A stretch of 64,000 nt of DNA from assembly GCF_002105155.1 (NCBI RefSeq), contig NW_019028991.1, forward strand, positions 310,001 through 374,000, read 5' to 3'. The translations under genes and the position numbers were made by a program. The stretch is from Lobosporangium transversale. Lineage: Eukaryota. The notes under the pieces are model-generated. The model searched no databases, was not told the origin of the DNA, and worked only from the letters and a program-made list of their open reading frames with translations. How positions within the stretch are numbered: the stretch's first letter is position 1; each line of letters begins with the position of its first letter. Shown in pieces: positions 13,657-25,877 of this stretch.

Positions 13657-14014
13657 GCGCTATGCTTGATCTGAATGTTTTCTTAGCAATAAAATGTTGA
13701 AAGAATTTCATGGGCGCTTTTTAGCAAAAAAAAAAATATATTTCATGAGTTTTCGTGTTATGTATATTCTATGATTCTCTCTTGGGCTTTGTAATGATGG
13801 CATAATTGCTGCACGTTTATCATATTATTTCTGGCAATCTCGGTATCTTTTCCATAAAAGTACAGTTACCTGTACACGTGATGTGCCATCTCAACCTTCA
13901 TCGGGACTGTTTACTGCAGAATTTTGTCAACAGCTCATTTCATTTTTATGGTATTATTTTCTTTTCCGTTCTCTTCTTACCTCTCTCCTTTTCTTTCTTC
14001 TCGAACCGCACATC

Positions 14015-16235
14015 ATGAAGACCTCAACTATTGTTGCGGCTACCGTCGGCACTATTGCTGTCGCTACTATCGGCTATGCCATTTATTTTGACCAGAAGCG
14101 TAGAAATGACCCCGATTTTCGTCGCAAGTTGAGTATGTACCCTTGACCGCCATTCTTTTCTTCTTCCTTGCTTTTCGCTTTTGTTGCATACGTTCTCTTA
14201 AAGAGCATGAATGAGGGATCGCCATGCGCAAACGTAGATACATAAGCATGTATTCTTTCTCGAATTCAGTCAGCTTGATTCGAAGAAATTACATTGCTTA
14301 TGTTCCTCATTACTTTTTGCTCTTGAATCTTTAGTGTTTCGTCGAATCATATCAAATACTATTTTTGTACCCCCTTCAATTGTGTAATTTGCAAAACAAA
14401 ATATGGAACTTGAATTGATCTTCCGCGAGTATACCGCTTATAATACGATCATGAAAGGCGTAAGGAGAAACTAACATGAGCTGTTATTTATCTTTTTTTT
14501 TTTTTTTTTTTTTTTTTTAGAGAAGGAGAAGAAGCGTGCTTTGAAGCAGCAGAAGGAAGAAGAAAAAAAGAAGGTCACTAAGACTGCCAAGACCGTTGAG
14601 GAGGCGTTAGCAAGTATCAAGGAGGATGAATTCCCTACATCGATGGAGGCGCGTGAGAAGTTCTGCATGGAACAGCTTTCCACCGGTGAAGCACATTTTA
14701 CTCGAGGTGTGTTCTCTTTTGGTTCAGATCTACTTTTCTGCGCTACGTCATCCACAACGAACTAGAATTGAACAAATCTATCCAACACTGTGACTGATTA
14801 GTCCACTTTTGATCTCCATTATGATATATATTTTTTTATCAACGGTCAATTAGGTCCTGAGGGCTACGACACGGCTGCCATTTGTTTCTACAAGGCATTG
14901 AAAGTCTACCCTGCTCCTGCAGAGTTGGTCATGGTTTACCAGAAGACAATTCCTCCGGAAGTCTTCACATTGGTTATGGGCATGTTGAGCATGGATGTAA
15001 GTTAATAACAATTATCCGTAATCCCAATAAGGTTTTACATGAGCTCCTATGGTAGGATGAACTATGGACTAGTAACATGAACGCCATTAACTGATATATT
15101 ATGATTTTCACTTTATTTTCTGTGATTACGATAGGTTCACAAGAAACAAGAGAAGTATTATACCATCTTCCCACCCAAGGAGATGAATGTGAAAGTTGAT
15201 GAGCTGCCTGAAGGTATTACAGCTGAGGGACAGAAGGTTGTTCGTCGCGGATTGTTCGTCACCAAAGACTTTGCTGCTGGAGAAACCATCTACTCTGAAA
15301 CTCCTATCATAAGCTCATTGGAGCCGTCTTTGGAAGGCAAAGAGTTCTGTCACTACTGTTTGAAACAGATAGCTGCTGAAGACAGAGTTCGCTGTGCTAC
15401 CTGTAGCAAGGTTGTCTACTGCTCTGAAACCTGCCAGAAGACGGCCACGACAGAATTCCATGCTGTTCTTTGCACCAAAGATTCTGAAGATGCTTCGACC
15501 CCAGAGCGCGCACTTTATGACTATACCAAGGAGACTAACAACAAGTATCCCGAGATGATTGCCAAATTTTTGGTTCGTATGGTCCACGAAGAGACTTTGA
15601 ACAGTGGCGAGGAGTACAACCTTTTCGATCACATCGAGCGTTTGCGCTTCTTGGAAGTCCGCCCTTCGGCAGCAGAGGAGAAAGAAATATCTCTTTTGAA
15701 GGTCGCTCTTGGATCGAAAATCCCCGGAATCGAGGAGTTTATTAATGAGGAGCGTTATTTGACCTTGAAGGGTAAATTGCTCTATAATGCCTATGGTATC
15801 TCCACTTCATTGGATGCAGATCGATCTGTAGAGGTAATTCATTCGAAAGGCACTCGAGTGATATTTGTAGCCAATTGTTAGTAGGTCGTTACTGTTTTTA
15901 CTCATGTATCCATTTTGTCATTTATCATTTGATCTGTATAGCCTTCCCCTGAACAATACCGCAGTGTGCACGATGCTCCTGTTGTCGGTGCTGGATTCTA
16001 CAGAGTTACATCCTACGTGTCGCATTCATGTGATCCGAATGCAAAGATTGTCTTCTTGGAACATAATAATAACATGTCAGTTGTTGCAAGCAAGGATATC
16101 AAGGCTGGTGAGGAACTCCATGTTGGCTTTATTGATCAGAAGAATGGCACCCTTTCAACGGAGCAGCGACGTCAAGAGCTTTTCCAACACTATCGTTTCA
16201 AGTGCATGTGTCCCCTCTGCGAATCCTCCCAATAA
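14015..16235 (+). CDS. TOM20: Tom20 (MAS20) mitochondrial import receptor fused to a C-terminal SMYD-type SET/MYND domain, about 479 aa; exons 14015-14132, 14521-14706, 14854-14996, 15135-15833, 15942-16235
   Basis: Tom20 signature TM-GYAIYFDQKRRNDPDFRRKL...EKFCMEQLSTGE...AAICFYKALKVYPAPAELVMVYQKTIP. A phase-0 intron 14997-15134 joins to RRGLFVTKDFAAGETI, a MYND zinc finger (CHYC..CATC..YCSETC..H..C), SHSCDPN, GEELHVGFID and post-SET FKCMCPLC. Confidence 0.88.
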
Positions 16236-16513
16236 AAATGAAAGGAGAGCTGTACCATATTTATTTCGGGTCATTTTTAGCATTATCGCTAATTTCTTTT
16301 CTTATTGAATCGATTAAAGGCGACTTTTTACACGGATATATTTCAGTACGCACGTGCTTCATGAATTTAATGCTGTGCTGTGATAAAGTTAGATGAGCAT
16401 AAATTATAGGATACAGCCAATCCAGTGATTGGTCAATATAGAAAGAGAAGCCACATCGCGCTGCGCCGAGTTAGGAGCAAGGCACTATTCTCGTTAGCCA
16501 TCATCAAACCTCG

Positions 16514-18440
16514 ATGACAGGACAAAGCAACTTGCACCTCGATGCCAAGTTGGTGAGAGTGATATTAGTCAAAGACGATGAAATGACGCGGTTTAATAAC
16601 AAACATCAAGAAAACACATCCTAAAGAGGGCACACAAGCAATGAAAGTTTTTTAAACTTAAAGTACCTTTTTATTTTTTGCTTAATGACTCTTGTTAACA
16701 TTAGATGGCATCAGTGCATCCTTACGCGTCCAGTGGGACCCCAATTCATAGGTAATTTGATAGACAAATATCTATCATCTACCTATTTTAGAAATGTGGC
16801 TAAAAAAGTACAGAGCTTGACTATTACTTTTTTTTTTTTTTTTTTTCTCCTTGTCACCTTGTCAAGTGGGGGGGCAACAGTAGCTAAAAAAGAGCCATTG
16901 GCGAAAGGCATTCCAATCCCGGTTCCCACAAACCAGCGCCGCCTGTCTAATTTCTCCGTCAAAACAGCGAACCGAGCGCTAATGACCGGGTATCGTGATG
17001 GTGGCGGTAGTAGTTCTAGGCGGAAATCCAGTTCATTTTCACAAGGATTTCAACCACCACCTTTTTATCCCCACAAAGGTAGGAATAAAGATAGACCCAA
17101 GAATGATTGCTACTGAAGATTGATTTTTTTTTTTTTTTGCTAATGCTATTTTGAAGGTACCTACGAAATTAAACTGTGCAAAATGATTTTATTGTTGATT
17201 TTTGATGGAAGATGACTTTGATGTAATCGGGACCGTACCAGGATTTGAGAAACTAGTTGAGGCAGAGGCACAGAAACACGATAAAGGAAAAGCGGTATGG
17301 AAGGATCTAAAGTTTTTCATGTTTCATATTAGCAATCCTCAACCCCTCAACTTATTAAAATCTAATATTGCATATTTTCAACATGATGCCCCTAACATAG
17401 AAAGCCGTTCCTAATGTAACAACATTGTTCGACGTCGATGTACAAAAAGGTGAGTGGCATTATTTTAGCAAGAGTCCTTTATGATTCCTAGAACCAAAAG
17501 CAACAGGGGGTAACACCCGTATGTACTGTCATAATTAGAGCCTAAGCAGAACAAAAGAAAAAAGACTGGAAAGGAAAGAATGGAAGATGACAATCCGCCT
17601 TCAAAATTAGCATCTTCAGGGCCGAGAGGACGCAGAAGAAGCGTATGTACAGTGTTTTGATCAAGCTAATTGAGATTTCACGACCATACTCTTGGCTCTA
17701 GGACATCTACTGATATTTCATCATGTTAGTAGTCTGTTTCATTAGGGTCGTCAGGCACGGAGGCTTCTACAATGTGCACGTCACCACCAGCGCCTTCGCC
17801 ACCGTCGCTGCTTGCATCCACAATGACCGTGACCATACCTACTACAGGATTAACAGCTCCCAATCGCCTTAAAAATATCAATGGTTTCCGTACTGGAGCC
17901 TCGATTGTCAGCAAGTCGACCAAACCTGCAACTACGGCCTGGCCACAGATGCCCGTATCATGTGTCCGTGTGTTGCCCTCTGCAGAGTTTACAGCCGGAG
18001 GCATGACTGTCCAGTTTGGAGTAGAGCGGCTCTCATTGACTATCAGACGAAATTCCACTAAAATTCCCCACTCAGAGATCAAAGCCGTCAATGTAAGTGA
18101 GTTTCTGTAACTACCTGCAATGTGACAGGAACATCTATGGGCAAAAGACATTATTATGATGCTCATTTTTGCTAATAGGGATTTTATCTTTTCTTTTATT
18201 TGACATGCCTTCATTAGTATTACACTGCGTCAACCCTCAAGATTTTTCAGTTTGCTACATTCAGTAAGCTGGCAGAGTCCTCTGCATTAGCACAGCACTA
18301 CGACCCTGCTGGTTTGTCGGATAAAGCGCCGATGATCACGTTATTTATTGACACAAGCTCGTCATGCATTGTCAGTATCTGCGCCATATTGAAGCAAAAA
18401 GGTGTAGAAACTAGACGTCTAACGTATGACAAGCTTTCGA

Positions 18441-18479
<39 letters not shown>

Positions 18480-20584
18480 AAAAAAGTTTTGTTATCATAA
18501 TAATTTCTGAAGAGAGAAGGAAATAACAAGACCCATTAAATACTCTCAATGATTATTCATTCTATTTAGGCCCAGCGCTGCTGAGGAAATCTTGGCAAAA
18601 AAGAAGAGGTATGAATAATCAGAATCTTCAGTTGTACTTTACTCTACAATACACCGCTTGGCCACAATGGAACCTGACTGACTATTTCGATTTTTTTCCA
18701 TACTGCCAAACAGATCTCCAGCTCCAGAGTCCATAGATTCCTCAGAAGAAACGTATGCTATTACCAATAGGTCTAAGCATTTATACATTTATGTTATATA
18801 CATGTGAACTAACCATGTGGGGTGCTTAACACACTGTTACGTAGGCTTTTCATATACCCATTTAATAGCAGCATCAAGTCGAAATCTATCGCCGTGCGAG
18901 CCGAAGATGCCTCCCGACTGAACGATGGCGAGTTTCTGAACGATACCTTAATCGAATTTGGGCTGAAGTAATGCACTTACATAAGGATGATCATTAACTA
19001 CATTATTTACAGAGGAAAAAAAAAAAAAAAAAAAAAAAAACTCTTTCTATACTTATGCTCGCTCTACATATTTCTCTGTGTCTTTTCAAGATATGTACAG
19101 GCAAACGCGGAAGTCAGAAATGCAGCTCTGGCTGGACAGGTCTATATCTTTAACACATTCTTTTATCAAAGACTTGTTGCGAAACCAAGGTGAGTATGGA
19201 GAGTCATTTGCTGTGGTCACCTCGTATTGATGTAAGCAGTTTTAGGAAGGTAGGCTAATGCTAACATTTACTGTGTTTTCATACATACATGCTATGTGGG
19301 GCTTTGAAGCAAAGGTCAGGCGAATTCGTATGAAGCTATTAAGAACTGGACCGCCAAAATTGATCTGTTTTCTATGAAGTATATCATTGTCCCAATCAAT
19401 GAAAAGTAAGGCTCATTTTAATATGCTTGATGTTTTGTTGTTGAAGCATGATGCAGCTATTATATGTATATGCGCATAGAATTGCTAATCAACTTTTTTG
19501 TCAGCTTACATTGGCATTTGGCTATTATTACCAATCCAGGCTTGCTTCTCAGAAGAGCGAATGAATCCGAGTCTGATGTTTCTCTAGAATTAGTAGATGG
19601 CTCTGGAATTGATGAAGGAAAATCACCACCTGCAAATAGCATCGTAATCGGCAGTGATAATGAGCCAACAAAGAATCCCAAGATGCCTTTCATCAATGGA
19701 AGCGAAAAGTAATTCTCTTTTCACTATTCTTAACAAGAATTTGACTTTGAGAGTACAGGTGATTGGTACTTAAGAACCTGAGCTGTACTTTTCTTATAGG
19801 CCCTATATCCTTTGCTTAAACTCTCTCGGAGGCACCCATTCTGCGGTCTTTAGTGTTCTGAGATCATACTTGCAGCAGGTACTCTTATCAAGGAAGGGTA
19901 TCTCCATGACTTTGACATCCAAGGAAATAGCTGGAAAATTCTCTTCTAAGGTAAATACACTTAACAAAAAGTATATGTGCATGTTGTTCAAGGTTTGATA
20001 CCAATTCTCTTCCTATGCTATTCGACCCACAGTGTCCCAAGCAAGATAACTTGTCGGATTGTGGAGTGTATCTCTTGCACTATGCAGAAGTGTTCTTGAG
20101 AAATCCTGAGACGATTTTGGATGCCATTGTGGTAAGAGTTTTAGTCTGTTTATGCTTTCATTAAGGTTTGGTCTATATGGTCTAGCGTTTATAAATGGGC
20201 TAAACATGCTTTTTCTCCATTTTGCTATATTAGAACAGGACAGATGACAAGGATTTGTGGTCGGTATCTGAGCTGGCGACCAAGCGAACCAAGTACAAAG
20301 ATATCGTGGTTGCCCTTACTGAACAATATAGAGTATATAAATTTCATCGTAATCTAGTGGAAGACATCAAAGGCAAATCAAATGATGCTTTACCAGATGG
20401 CATTACAGCTACGAGCATGACTACGGCCATGATCACAGACGCTCATGATAATGATAACAATACCAAAGAACTATTGTCCTCGACCGACGCCACAGCATTG
20501 GACAAGGGTAATATAATCAGTGAAAAGCAGGTTACACACGATTTGACTATGAACGCACTCAAAAGTATGGATCCAGAGTCGTAA
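16514..20584 (+). CDS. ULP2: Ulp2/SENP6-7-like SUMO protease (peptidase C48), many exons. The catalytic exons (18845-20584) are clear; the N-terminal exon structure and start are uncertain.
   Basis: LFIYPF...[22 protein letters not shown]...[11 protein letters not shown]...[29 protein letters not shown]...PYILCLNSL...|[21 protein letters not shown]. Confidence 0.85.
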
Positions 20585-20718
20585 ACTACATTTTTTGGTT
20601 TAAAATATGCAAATAAAAATAAATAAATAAAAAATCGCTTTTTCATACTCGTGCTCATTCACCTTCAGATCCCTCCTCAGGAGCAAGGGAATTAGAACGA
20701 TTTCGCGCTCGATCAACC

Positions 20719-21996
20719 ATGCGCGACTTTCTACATCGTTTCTACCCGTACCAGGCATTGAGGCTCATGCTTCAGCGAATGAAACCAACTGGTGCAACGA
20801 AAGCGACGTCCATAGCAGCTGGACGAACAAAAAAAGGAGAAAGCAACATTGACGAAACACAGACCCGCCCTGAATTTGACGCAGTGCAAGCGCAGAGACA
20901 ATTAGTATCACTCTTCAATGCCTTAAAACAGACAGTTCCTGTTACAACTCCCAAGGAGAATGGTGAGAAAACTCGAACAAATGACAGTAATATCCGAGTT
21001 CGTCAATCAGTATTAGAGCAACAGCAAGGGTTCTGTCTCAAAATTGGACCATCCCGAATCCCGAATGCTGGCTTAGGGGTCTTTCTTTATTCCAAATGTC
21101 CAGACAGACGACGAACGATCGCAGCAGGTACGGTGGTTGCCATGTATCCAGGCGTCTTATTTGAGCCTGGAGAAGCCACTTTTTTCAACTCGATTCACAA
21201 CCGATACATTTTAAAATGCAATGACGGGATTTATGTGGACGGTAAGGCTAAAGGGCTTTCTGGATCTATATTTCGATCTGTTAACGGGCGGGATAATTTT
21301 CCAGGGACAATATCTACAGCAGATACCACTTGGATGGTTGATTGGAATTTGTATGTTAAGCGAGCCATGCTGGAAATAGAAGCTATGAAGGGGAAGGAGA
21401 TATCGTCGGCCATGCCTTTAATATCAGTATCAAGAAATGAGCCTCCCTCAGATATTACTTTAGCAAAGAAAAGGGTAACGAGACCAATAGTGGTAGAGAA
21501 AGAAGATGAAAATGAGGATAGGGGAGTAGAAGGAGGAAGGAGAGGAGAAGGAGAAGGAGAAAAAGGAGAAACAGAAGAAGGAGAGGAAGGAGAGCTGAGA
21601 GTACCCACAGGGGTCATCAAAAATCCGTTGGCGGTTGGACAGATCGTCAACAATGGAACTAGGTTATTTCCCTCCAATGTTCGGTATCAGGAACTGGATA
21701 TCGAAACTAATGACTGTCCTTTAGAACTGCAAGAGTTTTTGCCAAACATTTGGTACTCGAGAGACTGGCATACCAACAATTATGATCACGATCACGATCA
21801 CGATCACGATCATCGTCATGATGACAATAGTGCTACTGACAGAAGTAGCAGCAGAAACAATGGAAGTAGGTATAACACTACAGACCAGGGATCTCAAGCA
21901 AATCTGAACTATTTGCGTACTGTCGTGTTGGTTACTACGAAGCCTGTCAAGTCAGGAGAAGAACTTTATTCCACTTACATTGAGCAATATGTATAA
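20719..21996 (+). CDS. SETD9: SETD9 (C5orf35)-like SET-domain protein, intronless, 425 aa
   Basis: SRIPNAGLGVF, GTVVAMYPG, NRYILKCNDGIYVDGKAKGLSGSIFRS, NPLAVGQIVNN, NVRYQELD, RTVVLVTTKPVKSGEELYSTY match the SETD9 motif series as I recall it. Acidic and (DH)n insertions are present. Confidence 0.8.
   Translation: MRDFLHRFYPYQALRLMLQRMKPTGATKATSIAAGRTKKGESNIDETQTRPEFDAVQAQRQLVSLFNALKQTVPVTTPKENGEKTRTNDSNIRVRQSVLEQQQGFCLKIGPSRIPNAGLGVFLYSKCPDRRRTIAAGTVVAMYPGVLFEPGEATFFNSIHNRYILKCNDGIYVDGKAKGLSGSIFRSVNGRDNFPGTISTADTTWMVDWNLYVKRAMLEIEAMKGKEISSAMPLISVSRNEPPSDITLAKKRVTRPIVVEKEDENEDRGVEGGRRGEGEGEKGETEEGEEGELRVPTGVIKNPLAVGQIVNNGTRLFPSNVRYQELDIETNDCPLELQEFLPNIWYSRDWHTNNYDHDHDHDHDHRHDDNSATDRSSSRNNGSRYNTTDQGSQANLNYLRTVVLVTTKPVKSGEELYSTYIEQYV
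21784..21813 (+). repeat. Coding hexamer microsatellite (GATCAC)4-GATCAT encoding (DH)5 in the SETD9-like gene
   Basis: Directly visible tandem repeat. Confidence 0.9.
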
Positions 21997-22230
21997 ATAA
22001 TCAATTAAACGCATCGTGTGAATTCTGTACAGCAATAAATCCTTTAATGTCTAAATTGAAGATAATGAATAACAACACAATACAAAATGCTTTTTTTTTT
22101 TTTTTTTTTTTTTGTATCTTTGATTATTGAATCTGAAATAATAAAAAAACACCATCCGTGATCCAGTCGCTCCCTCACACAAGCTACGGAGAAATATTGA
22201 CGCTATCCTGACAAGATGCCAACACCTTCT

Positions 22231-23121
22231 TTAATTCTTTGTCTGAGCCTCTTTCCTGTAATTTTGGAATAGATTACAACAATAATGACAGGATTAGCCT
22301 CACATTATATGTAAAAAATAAAAAATAAAAAATAAAAAACAAAAAACAAAAAAAAAATAATAATAATAAAAAAAGCCAGGAAGCTTACTTTGGCTCGGTA
22401 ACGTTCAACAGCAATGTATCAGCGTCCAACATGACACGGTTGGAAGAATGGGAGATAATGGATGCGATCTCACGAGCAACTTCAATCTTTCTCAGTTGGA
22501 TGAATCCAGGCTGGTTCTTGATTGCTATTTGTATGAAATTCATGAAGAAAAAAAGAAATGAGGAACGAAAAAGCGAGCATTGAAACAATGTTGAGGCCTT
22601 CTTTTCAAAAAGTTGATCTGATATAAGCAAAGCAAACATTACCTTCACCAATAAGCTCAGCAGATCGAGCCTCTCCCTCAGCCTTGACAATGATGGACTG
22701 CTTCTCTTGGATGGCACGGTCAACAACGAAAGCAGCACGCTGAGCCTCCTGTTGAGCAATCTGCTTAGCCTCAACAGCCTGAGTGAATTCAGGTGAGAAG
22801 GCCATATGTACGATCGAGACATCATCCAGAACAATATTGAAGCGAGCCGCACGCTTGATCAGGTTCTCACGAACGAGACGTGAGACACGGTCACGTTGAG
22901 TAATGAGCTGAGAGGCGTTGAACTGGGCAACAACCGACTTGGAGACCTCGTTGATAATTGAAGGCAACACACGTTCGTCATAATCCTGTCCCAATGTGCG
23001 ATAGATCTCTGCTAAATCGTTGACGCGGGGGCGAGAAAGTACACGAACAGTGATGTTGACCATCTGAAGATCTAGAGGAAGAAAAGATAGTAAGCCTCTT
23101 GTTGATTTTACCACTGAGGAA

Positions 23122-23157
<36 letters not shown>

Positions 23158-23693
23158 TAAAAAAGATAGTACGTACCTTTCGTTCCAGTCAAAGAAGCAA
23201 CGTTTCTGGGCTTTGCACGGACATCATAAATAATTGGAGTTTCAAACCAAGGGATGACAAAGTGAGTTCCTTCGTTGTAGATCTCCTTCTGAACGCCAAA
23301 GACACGAGAATACTTGACAGCGCGGTGACCTCCATCAACTATGAAATTTGAAATGTTCAGGAGGCAGCAAAGTTAGTAAGTTTATTTATTATGATACTCC
23401 CCGCTGTATGATCCATCTAAATTAAGTGTGTTGAAAACAAAAGAAAAAAGTGCGTTTTTGTTTTCTTTGGCAGTATTGTTTCTTCTGGGAACCATAGCTT
23501 TTTAAATTAGAGCTCTCTTTAGGGTCTTTGGTTTGTTTTTTTTGTATATAGCTGATTCGTTACCGTTGAAGAGTGCTGCATTGAGACCATAGCCTAGAGC
23601 ACCAATGGTGATCAAGGCACCTGCGCCACCAACAAGGCCCTTTCCGCTGCCCTTGGGGAAGATTCCTCCGAGTTTGTTGAAAGCCTGAGCCAT
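22231..23693 (-). CDS. PHB2: Prohibitin 2; exons 23693-23564, 23338-23177, 23071-22643, 22524-22389, 22255-22231
   Basis: [20 protein letters not shown]...[47 protein letters not shown]...[25 protein letters not shown]. Last intron has a GTAAGC donor, GCTAAT branch site and TACAG acceptor. Confidence 0.96.
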
Positions 23694-25370
23694 TGTAAGA
23701 ATGTTGCGTGAGGAGCGAGAGGGACGAGTGGATCAAAGAGGAATTAATGTACGTTCAAGATCAATCAATAACATTAACTTGATCGGAGAAATTGGCAAGT
23801 CCGTGGTCCACTTTAGGCCCCCAAACCCAAAGAGGCGCGGCTTTTGAGCAGTCCTGCCGTACGAAGCCACCCTAAACTTGCGAATTCACGTGATCTAAAA
23901 GATTCCGATCTGCCTGCATCACGTGGATACTCCAAAATTGGTAATTTTTTCTTGGTGGCAACTCTTGATACAAAATACTGAATGAGGTGGGATCCAGATC
24001 CACACCCACCAAATTTCTTTGAAGATATTTACCTGTTGCCCACACTTATTGGGCACATCAGTGATCCAGTCAAGGAATTTGGCGATTTCGATCACTAAAA
24101 GGTTTCTTTGCCCCTTTGCCTGATTTGCATTCCCTCTTGAATAATAAGAAAATAAAAGGATTGAAGACTTTCAAAATATATTGTACGGATAAATAAACAA
24201 AAGTATATATAAACAAATTATATATAATGTGTACTTTGGCTGTTAGTTAGAAGATCGGGTGACTTTCCTAGTTGAGATCATAGCATTGACAAGGTATCAG
24301 TGTATTTCTTCAAGGTCGCTCACAGTTCTTTTCACGGTTGGTTGGAATGTGGAAAATTCTTAGAGCAAAATACACAAGGAACCTTTATTTAGTCCAAAGT
24401 TTCAGATCTATCAGACTACATCCGCTTTAGTTACATACTTAGCACACTGTGCTTGACAAAGCTCCTTCTGTAAGAAACATTATATCTAAATCCTATCCAT
24501 ATTGCTGTCCTCATCATCACAACCATCGAATGCGGCTCCTTTAAATAACGCAGCATCAAATTTCTTTCAACATTCTTATTTACTTCCTCTTATGCTAAGA
24601 TATAATGACTATATTGAGGGGATCGTGAACATATTTTGAGAATAACATAGTTTCTCTACCCTCGTCAGCATGTTTTCAGCGGCAATGACTATTGAAACAT
24701 ACCGGGATCATAATAAGTAACGAGATGTCTTTATTGTTAAATAAAAAGGGGTAAAAATCTTAGCTATAGTAAAAACCCATATAAATGACTGCAAATCGCA
24801 AAGTTATTCCTAACTATGTAATTGGCGAGGATAAACAAAGCAGTAAGAGGAAGGTCAACGATGTCAATGACGGTATGGCAGTAATAGTAAGAATAAGAGA
24901 GTAGTCGGAGGAGAGGAAGTGTCGGTTTTCGGATCATGTTTGTTCTTTGTAATCCTGTCCTAATGTGACCAACGATGACCCAAAAGTTCCAAGGAGGCAT
25001 CCATTACCCGTGCCAATGGGTGCCACGGGGCTTCATGTCGTGCTTTCTAGGTTTGGGCCAGGTAAAGAAGAGGAGGTTCTTCAATAGATTACTGCTCCAC
25101 TCCATAAGTTTACAGCTTTGGTAGCTTTGGTGAAAGCAAATAAATAGAGTTAAAGGAAGAAAGGGTATTTATTCTTCCCAAGATGTATACCTGTGGGTTT
25201 GACAATGCGAGCTTTAAATTCGGAACGGAACATCCCCTATGGAAATTTAATTAATAATGCGCCCAACAACTACCGTCATCTTGCTTGTCTCCACAAGAAA
25301 TACCAATCGTTTAATGGGGGGTAGGCTCTCTTATCCAAGGGCGAAAAGGACTTGATAATGTCTACTGATG

Positions 25371-25402
<32 letters not shown>

Positions 25403-25877
25403 ATATCTATTCATTGCACAGAAATAATAAGAAAACAAGGGCTACTCCTGAACTAAAGGACAAAGGAGAACAAATAAAAACAGATCCGATAAAGGCATTT
25501 TCTATACTGCCTCTCGATTTGATTAACAATTTGTCTAGCCTTTCCTTTCTAAACCTTGTTCTGTTCCTTTCGAACCTTGTGCCCTTTGACACCTTCACTT
25601 CCCGTTCTCTCTTCTATTTTCAAGCAAACTACATGTGCTCTACTCCTCTTTAAGGATGTTCTGCTATTGTTCATTCTTGTCACTTCATTTCATTCATTCC
25701 ATCTTTTCTTGAGGCGTTTCTTTCAATTGCCAAAAAAAAAAAAAAAAAAAAAAAAAAGAAAAAGAAAGAATAACCCCTACTTTCTCTCTCTGTCTTTCTC
25801 TTCTTCTTCTTCTTTTCTCTCTCAAAACGGTCTTGCTCCATTCTTCACATTCGGACATCGTGTTGCAGAGAATTCAA

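Noticed and set aside
15053..15094. GGATGA...CTGA box C/D-like motifs in TOM20 intron 3
   Set aside because: About 40 nt, too short, with an imperfect box C and no recognisable guide.
24760..25250. Possible minus-strand pseudogene fragment between PHB2 and the RING ligase
   Set aside because: Short interrupted frames with no identifiable family.
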